64,000 bases of DNA, taken from NCBI RefSeq assembly GCF_009834535.1, contig NC_045697.1, positions 95,110,001 to 95,174,000 on the forward strand. Reading direction: 5' to 3'. This stretch comes from Camelus ferus (Eukaryota). Of this stretch, positions 51,270 through 64,000 are shown piece by piece. The notes under the pieces are model-generated. The model made no database searches. It was not told the origin of the DNA and was given only the letters and a program-made list of their open reading frames with translations. Position numbers and translations under genes: made by a program. Numbering within the stretch: position 1 is the stretch's first letter; each line of letters opens with the position of its first letter.

Positions 51270-51360
51270 TATAAGCTCTCTAAAGACAGGATTGCTTTTT
51301 ACCTCTGTTGTATCCTTCTAGACAACAATCAATATCCTGTTGAGTAATAAACGAATGAAT
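51270..51360 (+). mobile_element. L2 3' end fragment
   Basis: ataagctctctaaagacaggattgctttttacctctgttgtatcc...gaatgaat. Confidence 0.55.
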
Positions 51361-51713
51361 ACCATCCACAACTTTGTATTAAACATAATTCTTTCTGTCA
51401 GTAAAATTGTTTTACTGCAAAATTAAATAAATGGACTTATTGTAAACATAGACATATCTACACCTTTCCGAATGTCTACATATACTTCTTTTATCTCTAT
51501 ACCTACACCTGTTTCCTGTATCTGTTTCTATTCCTGTACCTACCAAAAGTCTTCAATTTTTCAAACCGTATTGTTTGTTTTCTTGGTTTCTATATCCCCA
51601 GTGGTAATACATAACATGTCTATTCAATGGTAAATGAACGCATATAGATGAAATTACTTGATTCCTAATTTCTATTAAACTTCACAATCAAATTTTCCAA
51701 TCTTCCAGAAAAC

Positions 51714-52327
51714 TGTGGAGATGAAACCCAAAGACCTGTCTTGAATTAGGTTCTATCTGAGGCCTGTCTCTAAATACAGTTGTCAGATGATTTGCCATAT
51801 GATGGATTTAATGATCCATTACTTTTTGGAGCAGGTAGGGAGGCTTATTTCCTTCCCTTAAAACTTCTGTCTTTGAAGAGGGATCTCTGTTATTGCAGTT
51901 CTTTTCCGTTTTTATTCCCTTTACATGCCTACGCTATAATGTTGCTGGAGTGGTTTTGCTAATTAGGGATTTAGAAGAGACAACAGAATCTGGACTGTAG
52001 CCCTTTGTTCTCTTCTCTCTTTTGGTAGCTCACTGCTCTTTGTTCCTCTCTGCCCCTTCATGCCTCAAATTTTTCAGCCATAAACACTGAAACTGTAGCG
52101 GAGACCTCTCTCCTAATGCATCGCTGGCTATAAATAGGTAGAAGTCTGTCTCATTCCCAGTTTCAGGTTTTAGAACCATAATTGCTTCAGATACGAGCCA
52201 CAGTCTCCAGTATCAATTTGTTCCCCAATAAAGACACACTTTCATTTCTACTACGCCTTGGATCTCTGCCTAATTTCTCAAGTAATCCAGCTCTGGGGCA
52301 AGGAATGAAAGCGATGTTAAGGCAACA
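51714..52327 (+). mobile_element. Unclassified ERV solo LTR (~610 bp)
   Basis: TG start (tgtggag) and CA end (ggcaaca); TATAAA at 52129-52134 and AATAAA at 52227-52232 in U3-R order; GC-richer than the flanks; imperfect TSD aaaac/acaac if the end is 52324. Confidence 0.7.
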
Positions 52328-52339
52328 ACAATTTTAACT

Positions 52340-52500
52340 AGAACACACATGCCAGTCACTGTTGTAAACATTATATATAAATTCAGGGCATCACACATCA
52401 CCCTCATCAGTTAGATGCTGTTATTTGCTCTAAGACCTCAGAGCTAGTAAGTGGCGATGATTTGTTTCAAACCCAACAGTCTGGCTCCAAACTTTACCAC
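52340..52500 (-). mobile_element. MIR fragment
   Basis: atgccagtcactgttgtaaacatt...ctaagacctcagagctagtaagtggcga...tcaaacccaacagtctggctccaa. Confidence 0.65.
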
Positions 52501-52879
52501 ACCATTTATTAGACCCCTAAATCCTCCTTTCCAAAGATAATTTCAAAGACAAAAAAACTCACAACATTTTCATTTTGAATCAACCCAACTTTGATTTTGT
52601 TTTCCATCTCACAAAACTTAAGGAAAATGAAGTCAATTCTAAAGTCAATAAAACTGATTTGACTGTTTCTCTCTTTGTCAAAATTGTAACATATGTTTTC
52701 TGTTTTCTGTTGAATTTCTCAGTTTCTTGACATCAATATATCAAGCTCTTAAGAATTTAATTTATGAGTATATATGTATTTAAATAATTATGCTTTCCAT
52801 AAATATTTTTGAATTAATACAATGATTGAATAGTGACCAACATTATTAAAATTTCTGTGTTGAATACATTTTAAAAAAC

Positions 52880-53450
52880 AAGAAACATAAATACATCTAA
52901 TAATAGTAACCAAAGTAAATGGATTAAATTTAAAAGTAATTAATTAAGAAGTACACCGAAAATAAATGGATTTTTAAAATTGACTGCATATGTATTATGT
53001 GTGTCCTCATACACACTAATGGGAAAGTGAAAAAAAACACACTATAAAAAAAAATTAAACCTGAACAAAGCAAAATCAAGAATAATAGCAATTTGAGTAT
53101 AGAGGAACTAAAATTATAGATATCATATAGCAGCTATATATGAAGTTTATAGAAATATTGTCCAAAGAAGAATTAATGATAATTATTTGCTAACTAACTA
53201 TGATATATAAAGCTGATGTATAAGACAATGGTCATTTCTGCAGCACACAGAACACAGGCACTATGGAAAAGGTATATAACAACCATAGCTAAGAAATATT
53301 AAATTAATGGTCAGTAATTCAATAATTTGCTTTCAGTTGTGACAATTTTAATAATTTACTCCATTCCCAATCATTCGACCAAGTTTCCTTAATATCCAGA
53401 AGACATCCATTATTAAAACATTGCTCTAACTTCTTCTCATCCTGCAAGGC
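52880..53450 (+). mobile_element. Very old L1 fragment (ORF2 endonuclease region)
   Basis: aatacatctaataatagtaaccaaagtaaatggattaaat...caaagcaaaatcaagaatagcaatt; heavily decayed. Confidence 0.4.
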
Positions 53451-54945
53451 AGAGACTGACACATTGTAACACTGAATTGAGAGGGTGCTAACTGCTAGCA
53501 CCTTTAACAGGATGGCACAGGAGCCTGCCCTCAAAGTGCCACATAAGATCAAGACACAGTCGCCTCTGACTTGCCAGTGCTCAAATAATCATAGGCAGGA
53601 TCACATTTACTGTTCTTTATATACTGCTGCTATTTCATACTATCTAAAGTTTGATTTTAGATATTTTATATTATCTTCTATTGTGACTACAAGTCATAAA
53701 ATTCAGTATTTTCAGCTTGTCAATATGTATGTTGCCAAGAATAAGAATGATACAGCAAATAGATTCAGTAGTATCTCCAGGTTCCCAAGTCCCATACTGT
53801 AAATACATGTTATGTTACAATGGAACTTCAATTAATTTTCCAAAAATTGTATGTGTAAATATAATACACCAAACACAATATGTTTAAGTCCAAACTACAT
53901 TTCCAGTTTTATTATCTTTCCTTATTGCATAGTTGCATAGTCAGAGGGCACATTAAATAAAAGTATGGGAGAAAGGCATTTTTCAATTGTCTTTGTGACT
54001 TTCTAGTTACAATTTCTATTCCATAAAACATTCTTGTAAAGATTGAAAGCGGTTGTAATGAAATTTAGAAGGCATATACTTTTCCTATCCTTTTGCATGG
54101 CTGGATTTCATAACTTTTCACAAATGACCAATTAAAAATTTTATATAGACAACAGGATGAAAAATATATTTATTGCCTTAATTTCAGTTAAAATTTATCT
54201 TCTAAGTAAAACACTCCTAAAAGACACACTGTTTCGATCTTATTGAATTATATGCATTTAAAAGCAGACCTTGACTAGCAGCCAAGGCTGTGTGGGAAAT
54301 CTTTCCACTAAAAAACAAACAGGAGACTGAAAGCTCAGTCAGCTACAGTAGTGTTTTGTTTCATTTTTTTCTCTAAGATGAGATTTTAATAATACTTTTC
54401 AGTATATTGACTTTCAGATAATAATGATTTTATTTCATAGTGTTAACATGATGGAGTAAAAAGAAGACAGGTAAAAAATTTTTTTAAAAATTGGCAGAAT
54501 CAAAACACCTAAGTTATTTAGCCTCAGAACTTCTATTTAATTTTGTTGGATTTTCCCCCTCTGAACAATGTAAATCATTCTCCAAATGAGAATGTTCTCT
54601 TTTTTTCTTCTTCTATCATTATGTTTATTTTAATCCAGCTGTTCGTGTCTTCCTGTGGGACAAGCAATAACCTACAATTAAATGCAGGTGCTTTGAGAAC
54701 AGAATACCCCTGTTCTTCCTAATGACTTGAAGTAAATACAAAGAAAGGAGACAAAAGTGAAACCTAAATATACTGCCTGCTTAGTAAAGAATGAGATCTT
54801 TCCCCAGGCATGAAAATGAGGGTCTGCTTTCTATTAAGGATGTGATTCCATTAAGGATGTGATTCCCTTAAACATGTGAAACGGTTCTTTTTAATTTGTT
54901 TTCTAAGCAGAAAATTAAATAACTGAAATGGGAAAGTATACTCAT

Positions 54946-55090
54946 TCAAAAGAAAAAAAGAAGAAAGAAAGAAAAGGAAAAAGGAAGGAGAGAGAGGGGA
55001 CGGGAAGAAGAGAGAGGGGAGAAGGGATTGGGAGAAGAAAGGAGGAAGAAAGAAAAAAGAAAGAGAAGAAAAGAGGAAAAGAAAAAAAGA
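54946..55090. repeat. GA-rich polypurine tract
   Basis: Low-complexity A/G run; explains ORFs 54851-55099 and 54928-55137. Confidence 0.9.
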
Positions 55091-56899
55091 TGCTGGCATC
55101 TATAAAAATAATTGGGTCAAAATATTATAACCTCTAAAATGTAAAACAGAACTGCTCTCATACTGCCTTAAAAACAAACAGAAGAGTTCTTCTGTTCTTA
55201 CACAGTATTTTGTAGATTGAGAAGCTTAAAATATTATATGCCAATTATTGTCTATTATAATAAAAATATTTCCATTTTTGTATTTCATTTTTACTCATCT
55301 ATATACAAGCAGTGGATGAATATGACTTATTTATGTTCACTCACAACATGTATCTACATTGAACATACTTTTATAATTACCCAAGTAGATAACTTAACAC
55401 ATACTCTTGAAACATCAACTTAAAAAAAAGTCAACCTAAACTACATTTTTAATTTCCTCAAAAATCTGTTATTTATATATTCAGAATAATCATCAAGTGA
55501 ATCAATAAAATTAAGTTCACAAAACAAAATGTCACATGGGAATTTGCTTTTGACTGAAAACAACCAAACATAACACATACAAAGATAGGGAAAATAAAGA
55601 ATTGTAAAATACCATGGCCTTGCTTGTACAACTTATCTTTATTATTGCCTAAACCTAGAGTTAAGACAGTGTTAAATGGGATTTCTTAGCACTATGCTCA
55701 TTAAGAATCCGTAAATCTGCTTGTGTGTTGATGGGTACTGGATAATAGATTTCATTGCTGATGTATACAGGTTTTGAATAGTTCTTAAAAATGGTGAATC
55801 AATTTGTTGTAAGCAGTTATGCAATGGAAGTCAACTTTAAGACTCTGAAATTATACATCGCTCCCCTCTCCTTTTTCTGATTTCACTCTTAAATGCAGAA
55901 ACTTTCCAAACATGTTCTCTGGTATGTTATGTTTTGTCAACCATAGCAGATTTGTTTTTATTTGTTAGGTATAGTGGTTTCAAATAGGATCTTATTTGAT
56001 AAAAGGCATTATGCTACTAGCTAACAAAATATGAAAGCCATTGCTTTTAATACATCTGAGATTAATTTTGGCAAGTAGTATGGTAACATAATGAAACAAT
56101 TTTTCCCAACATTAGGAAAAGAGATCTCACCTTCTCTTACTAAATTATCCTTCCCCAATCCCATATATTATGATCTGTGTCTAAACTCAATATTCTGTTC
56201 TATTAATTTCCTTACCTATTTTTATAGCTATTGTGTGTCATCTATATTGTTAGAATTTTGATATTTGGCAGTAAAAGGCCAACATTATTACTCTTCTATA
56301 TCAATTATTGTCTTGCACATATGTTTTTTCTTCCCAGTAAACTGAGAATCACACAGATTCCAAAAAGAGTTTCTATTCTTTTAATTTAGACAAATTATAT
56401 TGTACCATATTTTTCTTTTCTATAAAGAGGAAGATTTGTTTTTCTAATTATTAAAATTTCTCTAATTTTCACAGTACTCTTTTATAAATCTTTTAAACCA
56501 AGAGGTAGAATGTAGTGATAGTCAAAAACTTAGAAGTTGCCATCAGACTAATACAAATTGAAATAGTGATTCTGCTATCTGAATGTGTGACTTTGAAAAA
56601 TTACCCAAATATATTTTAAATACTTTTGTATTTAAATACTGAAATACTTCAAATTTTGCATTTATTTTTTCAAATTAATATTTATCAATACATCATAATT
56701 TCTACATAGAAAAGAATTTGTGTTAATATAAATTCAGAAATGAGTATACTTGCCGTAGGAAAACTAGATCATTTTTCTGATCTGATTACTATTACATTCT
56801 AGTGTTATCAGGATCTAATAATACTGTGATAAAGCCCAGGTAACAGATACAATTAAAGAAAGAAACAGACAAGGGTATTTGAAATTGTTAATCAGAGAT

Positions 56900-58085
56900 G
56901 TCTTGTGCAGACCATTGTACCATTCACATTTCCTTGTACCTTCATTATTACTGTCTCTAATACTTGAAGAAGGAACACACTGTGTGTGAACAGGATGCTC
57001 TTATTTCTTTTCTGAGGGGGAAGGTACAATCCATCAGAGTCCTCATGAAGGTCGTATCTTTAAGAAACAAGCAACAGTCCTGCTGCTGCAATTGCTCTTA
57101 TAGCTGATAATTTTTCATCATCTCCCTTCTCCATTACATATTCTAGATTTCTCTTACCCTTGTGCAGCTCTTGGGTCAGTCAGCTGTATTTATATGGTGA
57201 GATGATTACTATGGTCTGAATGTTTTGTTCCCCCGAAATTCATGTTGAAACCTAATGGGTAGTGATGGTTTTGGAGGTGGGGACTTTAGGAGGTGATTCA
57301 GTTCTGAGGATAGAGGCTTGACGAGCAGAATTAATGCTCTTATAACAGAGACCCTGGAGAACTGCCTTGCTCCTTCAATCGTGTGAGAACACAGTGAAAA
57401 GATATCATCTATGAACCAGGAGCTGGGCCCTCATTAGACACCACATCTGCTGGTGCCTTGATCTTGGACTTTACAGTCACCAGAATTGTGACAAATAAAC
57501 ATCTATTGTGTATAAGCTATAAAATCTGTGTCATTCTATTATAGCTGTGTTAATGGGCTAAGTCAGGGACTCACAGATTCATGCTCCAGGCATCTGAGTC
57601 TTAATTGTTTTGCCTTTCTTGTCACAAATGTTACTCTGTAATCACAGGAAGTATACACACCACATCAACAGATGCCGAGTAAATGCCATAGGTTCCAGAT
57701 ACTTTTCTTCCTGTAGCAGTCGTACAGTGGCAATTAGAACTTCTTATGATAATCAGGACCTATTACCACTGGCAGCAAATTAACTCCTTCCTTTGCCCTC
57801 TAGTCCAAAGATAAACAAGCAGTGTAAAATGACCAGTGGGGAGTAGCAGTTTCAATTCCATGGGATGCTTGCTGTGTTGCCTAGTGGAAATAACTCCTTT
57901 CTGCTCCCCATGAGCTAGGACCTTTAATCCAATTTTGGGGATGGGATGAATAATTTATTATCACACATGTAGACTGCTGGTAATGATGGTAATGATGGTG
58001 AGAGGAGCCATTGTTATTTTCACCATTTCTTCTGATCCCATGTATTTTAGCTATTAAGTGTACAGGACGACAGAGTGGAATATGG
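56900..58085 (-). mobile_element. ERVL internal relic (pol C-terminal integrase/dUTPase-like region) split by an MLT1A LTR
   Basis: Minus-strand pieces read AKIHG, MAPLTI, GLKVLA, LLLPTGHFTLL, AKEGVNLLPVVIGPDYH and, beyond the LTR, KGKRNLEYVMEKG. They are colinear with the ERVL Pol end (RIHG..VAPLTI..GLEVLVP..LRLPPGHFGLL..AKKGVTVLAGVIDPDY..GKGN.EWVVEEG). Confidence 0.75.
57207..57565 (+). mobile_element. MLT1A-type (MaLR) solo LTR
   Basis: tactatggtctgaatgttttgttcccccgaaattcatgttgaaacct...atctgctggtgccttgatcttggact...aataaacatctattg...gggctaagtca. Confidence 0.88.
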
Positions 58086-58479
58086 CTTAATTCATTGAAT
58101 TGAAGATGCCTTTGTTTATGAAACTTATTTTTTATGTGTTACCAAAAAGTAAAATTTAATTGCCAATTAAACTATTTTACTATTGTGCAATATATAAAAT
58201 ACTATATTTTCATATCACACAGACTTTTAAAGTTCGTTTTATATCTCCTGAAAAAGCTTTTTAAAACTTATATTTCATGAAATCTAAGACAAAGCATTAT
58301 TTTACATACCATTAAGAAAAAAGCCTTGCAAATATAAATTTAATATACCACTGATTGTCAATGATTGAATGTAAATTATTCCAGAGATGATAAAAAGTGA
58401 AAAAAATATGACTAACAACTGATAATATAAAATGAAGTGAGAATGAAAGTAATAACACCTAATGCTAAGGGAGAAGTTG

Positions 58480-58960
58480 TATTCTAATGCGCTAAAGGGT
58501 AGAAATGTGCAGTGTTTCCTGCCTTCTTGAAAATGAGTCAACATCTGTTAAAGTTTAAATGCTCATGTTCTTAGACAGCATTTTTGGTCCTGTGACTCTA
58601 CTAGATCAAAACAGAAACTATACTTCAATGACTTTATTCTAGGTAATATTTACCATAGATTTGCTTATCGTACGAAAACACTATCCACAACATGAATGCC
58701 CGACACATTTGAGCTTCTGAATAAGTTGTGACCGTACAAAAAATAAATATTAAGGCAATAAAAAGAATTAATTAAAATAATAAACACATGATTATATTCA
58801 GTAACAAATGGAAAGAAAAAACTTATATAACATGAAGCAGTTTTTACTGAACAATAAAAAATCCTCTATGTACATTTTGTGTATTAGTTCATTACTATGG
58901 AGAAAAGTGTGGGTAATCTATGTAGGCTATATAAGGGGGGAAGATGGATAGGTAAATAGG
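58480..58960 (+). mobile_element. Old L1 3' fragment
   Basis: gggtagaaatgtgcagtgtttcctgccttcttgaaaatgagtcaacatctgttaaagtttaaatgctcatg... Confidence 0.45.
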
Positions 58961-59639
58961 AAAATGATACTACAGCATTTTTTGATAATCACAAATTATT
59001 AGTTAATAATAAATGCATAATCCTATCTATGAATATTTTATAAAATATGTAGATGTTGATTTTTCACTTTGCAAAGACTAAAAGATTATACCAATGAAAA
59101 CATTCACTTGACTTCTTTATAAATCTGAACAGATTTTTTTATTGGATTTCCATTGGTTCTCTATAATATCTCATATAATGTTTGTGGAAAAAGATTTTTG
59201 ATAATTATCTCCATATGGCAAATTACATCTTTCATCTTTATAAAATTACCTGCTTGCTACTTTAAATTATTTTCATTTTAAATCATATTTTTCTTTTATT
59301 TATAAAATAAACAACAAAAGTATTTGATAAAGAATTGAACACATATTAGTATAGCTGATCTGAATTTGAAAAGCTTGAGTGAATTATTTGAATATGAGAG
59401 AAAATAAGGAAATATCTGAATATTTGAACTTGAATATAGTAAGGGAAAATAAGAAATGTTTCACTCAACCATATATACTGTACAGCTATTTTAATGCTAT
59501 TTAAGTGGTTTGACCTTTAGTTTCTAGTGTCATGTAAGGGAATGAGTACATATTTTATTTTCCTCATACTACCTTAGAGCAAGTAGGATTTACACCAATA
59601 TTTTGTTAAATTACAAGTGCAGAGAAATACACTTATGGG

Positions 59640-59913
59640 GCATAGCTTAGTGCAGGCTCAAGATGCAAAGCAAATGGTTTGGAATGTTGAACCCACAATT
59701 GACAGCCTGTGATCCTAACAACTAACTTAATTTCTGGTATCTCAGTTTTCTCATGTTAAAATAGGAACAGTAATAATACATCCCTGAAAGAGCTATTATT
59801 AACATTACACATGTCTAAGAGCTATTTATTGAGGGAGTACGTATTTCATGCCGAGGAAACAGTCTGGCAAATAATAACACTCAATGAATGTCAGCTATTA
59901 CTGTTGTTGTTAT
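59640..59913 (+). mobile_element. MIR SINE
   Basis: cctgtgatcctaacaactaacttaatttctggtatctcagttttctcatgttaaaataggaacagtaataatac...ctggcaaataataacactcaatgaatgtcagctatta. Confidence 0.75.
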
Positions 59914-60994
59914 CCTCTCTGCTTAAGTGCATTTCTCCGAGGGAGGAGAGAGCTCAGTAAGACAATAACTTGGCCTGGTTTCTCTGATGGACAATGTTAA
60001 TATATTAAAATGAATAGTCACAGACTCATATTCATATCCATCTCTCTTTCTCTTTCCCTTTCTTTTTATCTCTGTCTTGCTATAAACTATTTTCATGCTA
60101 CAAACTTTCATAGACAGTAACCTCAATATCTAAACATTTTAAAAGTAGAAGCAAATTTTCCTTTACTCTTATATTTCTATCACTCAGAGCATAATACAGT
60201 TAAGATCTAAACATTGATATTGTTAACCAAGGAACATAGTAGAGAATTTAGGTTATCAAGAGAAGAGAGGAGACAAATAAAACACAACAGAAAAAGAAAA
60301 TATTATTGATTTCATCCTGGCCAGTATTTCATTCTGTGTTGCTTTTTTTCAAAATCTACAACCTGAAAATACAAACAGTTTAGAGAATTCTCTCATTATA
60401 AGGCTACTTGTAACTTACTACTCTGGCATCATAGACAAATGTCCATTTTGGATATTGCTATGATTAAAATTTTAACATAATTTGAGATATTTTAAGCTTC
60501 TAACATGTTAGAACTTTTTTGTGGTAGAATAAACTAGTCAACAGATCTTATTCAATGCTTGTCTTCCCTTCAGTGTTCTTCAGCCATGTTGTTTCCTCTC
60601 AAAACTGTCCTGCACACTCATTACCTCACGTGAGAACTGGGTGTTGATCTCCAGTTGATTACAAAGACTCCCTGTTTCATTCATTTCACATTCAATTTGG
60701 GAGCATGAGTGGATTTCTAGAATTGGTACTAAGTGATACTGTAAGAAAAGTTTTTGCTGTGTATTCTCCGCAGTCTCAGGCTCTTTCTCTTACTTTTGTA
60801 CTTCCCTTTTTATATATTCTCCCAGACATTTTTAGCTGTGTCATATTGCTGCCAAGATTCTTAATTCTGATCATTTTGTTTCCTAGGAAGGGATTCCCAA
60901 GTTTCAACATTTTCTGAGCTGGAGAATTAACCTCTGAAGATCACTGGGCTAGAGAATCTCTTAAGACTTACAAATCTGGGATCACCAAGGGCCC

Positions 60995-63530
60995 AGAGAG
61001 GAAAATATATCTTTAATAGTTTAAAAATTTCTCCACAGGGAAAAATCTAGGCCCAGATGACCTCACTGGTGAATTCAATTAAACACTTTAAAAAAGAAAA
61101 AATATCAATTGTACATGAACTCTTCCTGAAAATTGAACAGGTTTGAGTATGTCTCAACTCATTCTATAATGTCAGGAAAATGATGACAGCAAAAACCAGA
61201 CCAGGATACTATGAAGAACTAAAAACTATATGGTAAAAAACTAAAAATTATTATCAGAATTTTAGCAAATTCATCTATCAGTACAAAAAAAAAATAAAAC
61301 CACCTGATTACCAAGTATGGTTTCTTCTAGTTGATTTGACATTTATAAAGTCAATTAGTTCTTTATATAAATTTTTTAAAAATTAAAATACTACTATCAA
61401 AATATTACATCCATTACTGATAGAAATTATCAAGACATTGAGATAGATGGAGACTTCCTAAACTTGATAAAAAGCATCTACAAAAAAATCTACAACAAAC
61501 ATAATATCTTGTGGTAAAAATTTAATCCGTTACTCTGGAGATACGGAAGAAAACATGATATCTATTCCCACCTCTTCTATCCATCATTGTACAGAGATTC
61601 TAGTCAATACAATATCTGAGAAGAAAAAGGCATCTAAATTAGAAAGGAAGTTTTTTTTTTCTGATGAGCCTTTATATATTTATTTGCAAACAATACGATC
61701 ATCCATTCAGTAGAATCTGAACCTACTGAAACATATAAGTGAATTGAACACAAAAATGAGTAAGTGAGTGAACGAAACAATATCTTTATACAAAAATCAA
61801 TTGTATTTTATATAATAGTAATGAATAAACAGAAATTACATTTATAATCAATACCATATAAAGGTGTCAAAACTTATGACATACTTAGAAATAAATCTAA
61901 CAAAAGATAAGAAAGACCTGTGCACAGAAAATTATAAAACACTGGTATGATAAATTAAAAAAGAGCTAAATAAATAAAGGATATACCATGTTCATGAGTT
62001 GAAAGACTTGGTATTGTTAAGAGGACAATTCTGTCCAAACTGATATACAGATATAAAGGAATTCCAATCAAAATCCCAGCAGGTGCTCTGTGGAAATTGA
62101 AAATGTTATTTTCAAGTTTATTTGGAAATGCAAAATTATATAATATTTTTAAAAGCTTTGAGAGAGAAGAACAAATTTATATAACCAACCTTACCTTTTC
62201 ATAAGATATAAGGCTACAATAATCAAGATATGTGGTATTGGCATAAATTCTAAGAAATAGAGCAACAGAACAGAATAGGAAATAGTGACAGTTGCAGAGG
62301 CAATTCAGTGGGAAATAATTTTTTTAAGTAGTGATAGAACAGTTGCATTATCATTTACAAAAAATGTACTTAGACCCATACCTCACAACATACAAAAATT
62401 AAGTCAAAATTAACCAGAGATCTAAATATAAATCCCAAAACCATAAAATATCTTGAAGAAAGCATAGGAGAAAATCTGTTACCGTGAGTTCAACAAAGAT
62501 TCATTAGATACAACACTTGTAGACATGCTCTATCAAAACAAAGTTGGTAAATTTGACTTCATCAAAATTAAAAATCCGCTTTTCAAAGATACTGCTAAGA
62601 AAATGAAAGAACAGTACCCAGACTGGGAAAAATATTTGCAAATCATACATATGATAAATTACTTGTATCTAGAATATGTAAAGGCTTCTCAAATTCAATA
62701 ATAAAAAATAAAATAAAAAGCCAATTTAGAACAGGCAAAAGATTTGAACAAATATTCCCAAAAAGATAAACATGTAAATAAGCACATGAAAAATGGTCAA
62801 AATACTGATTATCAAAGACAAGCAAATTAAATGAGATAACACTACACAGCACTTAGAATGGCAATTAAAATTCCAGATATCCCAAAGGCTGGTGAAGATA
62901 TGAAGAAACTAGAATTTTCATTCACAGAATCACCTAGAAAAATAGTTTGACAGTTTTGTTAAATTTAACAATACACCTACCTACCATATACACTATCCAT
63001 TCTACTCTTCAGCATATATCTATGAGCTATGTAAGCATGCATTCATACTTTTTCAAGAATTTTCATAGAATCTTGACTTGTAATAACTTAGATCTGGAAG
63101 CAATCCAAATGTTCATCACCAATTCAATGAATAAGCAAACTGCTATATCATGGCCATATTACTCAAGAATAAAAATGAGTGTACACTATAAGCTGGATGA
63201 CACCTCAAAATAATTTTATTGAGTTGAAAATCTACAACCTTCATAAAAGAATGGATACTTTATAATTTAATTTTATAAAATTTCAGAATATGCAAAATAA
63301 TCTAAGTAAATGTAAAAAGCAGATCAAGGATGCTTAGAGTTGGGGAGAGAATACGAATAAGGAAGAAGGCAAGAAATATAAAGGGGCATGAGGAAACTTT
63401 GGGGGGCAATGAATATGGTCAGTGTCTTTTGGTAGTGATGGCTTCACAGGTATTTACATATGTTAAACCTTAAATTGTACACTATAAATATGTATAATTT
63501 TTTGTATGTGACTTCTTCAACAGTGCTGTT
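60995..63530 (+). mobile_element. Old 5'-truncated L1 (L1M-class; RT to 3'UTR, with internal deletions)
   Basis: ctaggcccagatgacctcactggtgaattc; aaggatataccatgttcatgagttgaaagac; ccaatcaaaatcccagcagg; cagactgggaaaaatatttgcaaatc; 3'UTR aaaggggcatgaggaaactttgggggg. Confidence 0.88.
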
Positions 63531-63719
63531 AGAAAATTTAAATTTTGATGCATTAATTTTGTGTTATAATAATTATAGTAGTAGAAAGGTGTGGGTGCAG
63601 TTCTGGAAGAAGTAACCTTGATTATATAAATTCTAAATGAACTCCTCTGGTTGACACTGCAAAATAAAATGTCAGACTGAGAAAAATTAATACAACCTGA
63701 GAATTTAATAATTGAAATT

Positions 63720-63985
63720 ACTATTAATAATGAGTAATACTTATTCAGTACTTACTGTGTCATAGGCCTTTTTCTAAGAGTATTCCATATATATTGTTAA
63801 TATGATGTAACAACCCTATGAACATTCTTCCTATGGAAATCTTCAGTAATCATCATAGTAGTCACATGGACTTTGAGATATTTTCCATGCCATAGCTTTA
63901 CTTCTACCTGGAAAGAGTCTGAATGAGTAACTTGCCTCTGTTATTTCCAGAGCCTGATCCTACAGAGTCAAGGCCACTCTCTTTC
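63720..63985 (-). mobile_element. MIR fragment
   Basis: acttattcagtacttactgtgtcataggcc...aacaaccctatga...gagtaacttgcct...cagagtcaaggccactct. Confidence 0.55.
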
Positions 63986-64000
63986 AAGATATAATTTACA

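Noticed and set aside
1..64000. CRISPR arrays, rRNA/tRNA genes, operons, prophage or defence systems
   Set aside because: The sequence is mammalian repeat-rich DNA; no regularly spaced repeat-spacer array, canonical tRNA boxes or long intact ORFs were seen

Overview
AT-rich, CpG-depleted mammalian genomic DNA with no prokaryotic features and no intact protein-coding gene that I can recognise. The L1 3' ends and the absence of Alu, Bov-B/Bov-tA or PRE-1 SINEs suggest a cetartiodactyl, most likely a camelid. A large part of the window is transposon-derived. It holds one full-length but inactivated L1 (5802-12888, +, with TSD), several truncated younger and older L1s, and MLT1/MLT2 solo LTRs. 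It also has an unclassified solo LTR, ERVL gag and pol relics, a Tigger2-type MITE, and many MIR/L2 remnants. Most ORFs in the supplied track are repeat-derived or chance. The unique sequence contains several plus-strand exon-like segments with good splice signals (1245-, 3707-3778, 13367-13407, 14290-14319, 40413-, 42628-42645). These suggest the intronic or 3' part of a large gene or lncRNA that I cannot name. The most interesting observations are this micro-exon series (one with an AG|GT recursive-splice-like junction), a 241-codon antisense ORF in the L1 5'UTR, and several templated-insertion or duplication scars inside transposons. Repeat family names come from remembered consensus sequences, not a database search, and old-repeat boundaries are approximate.
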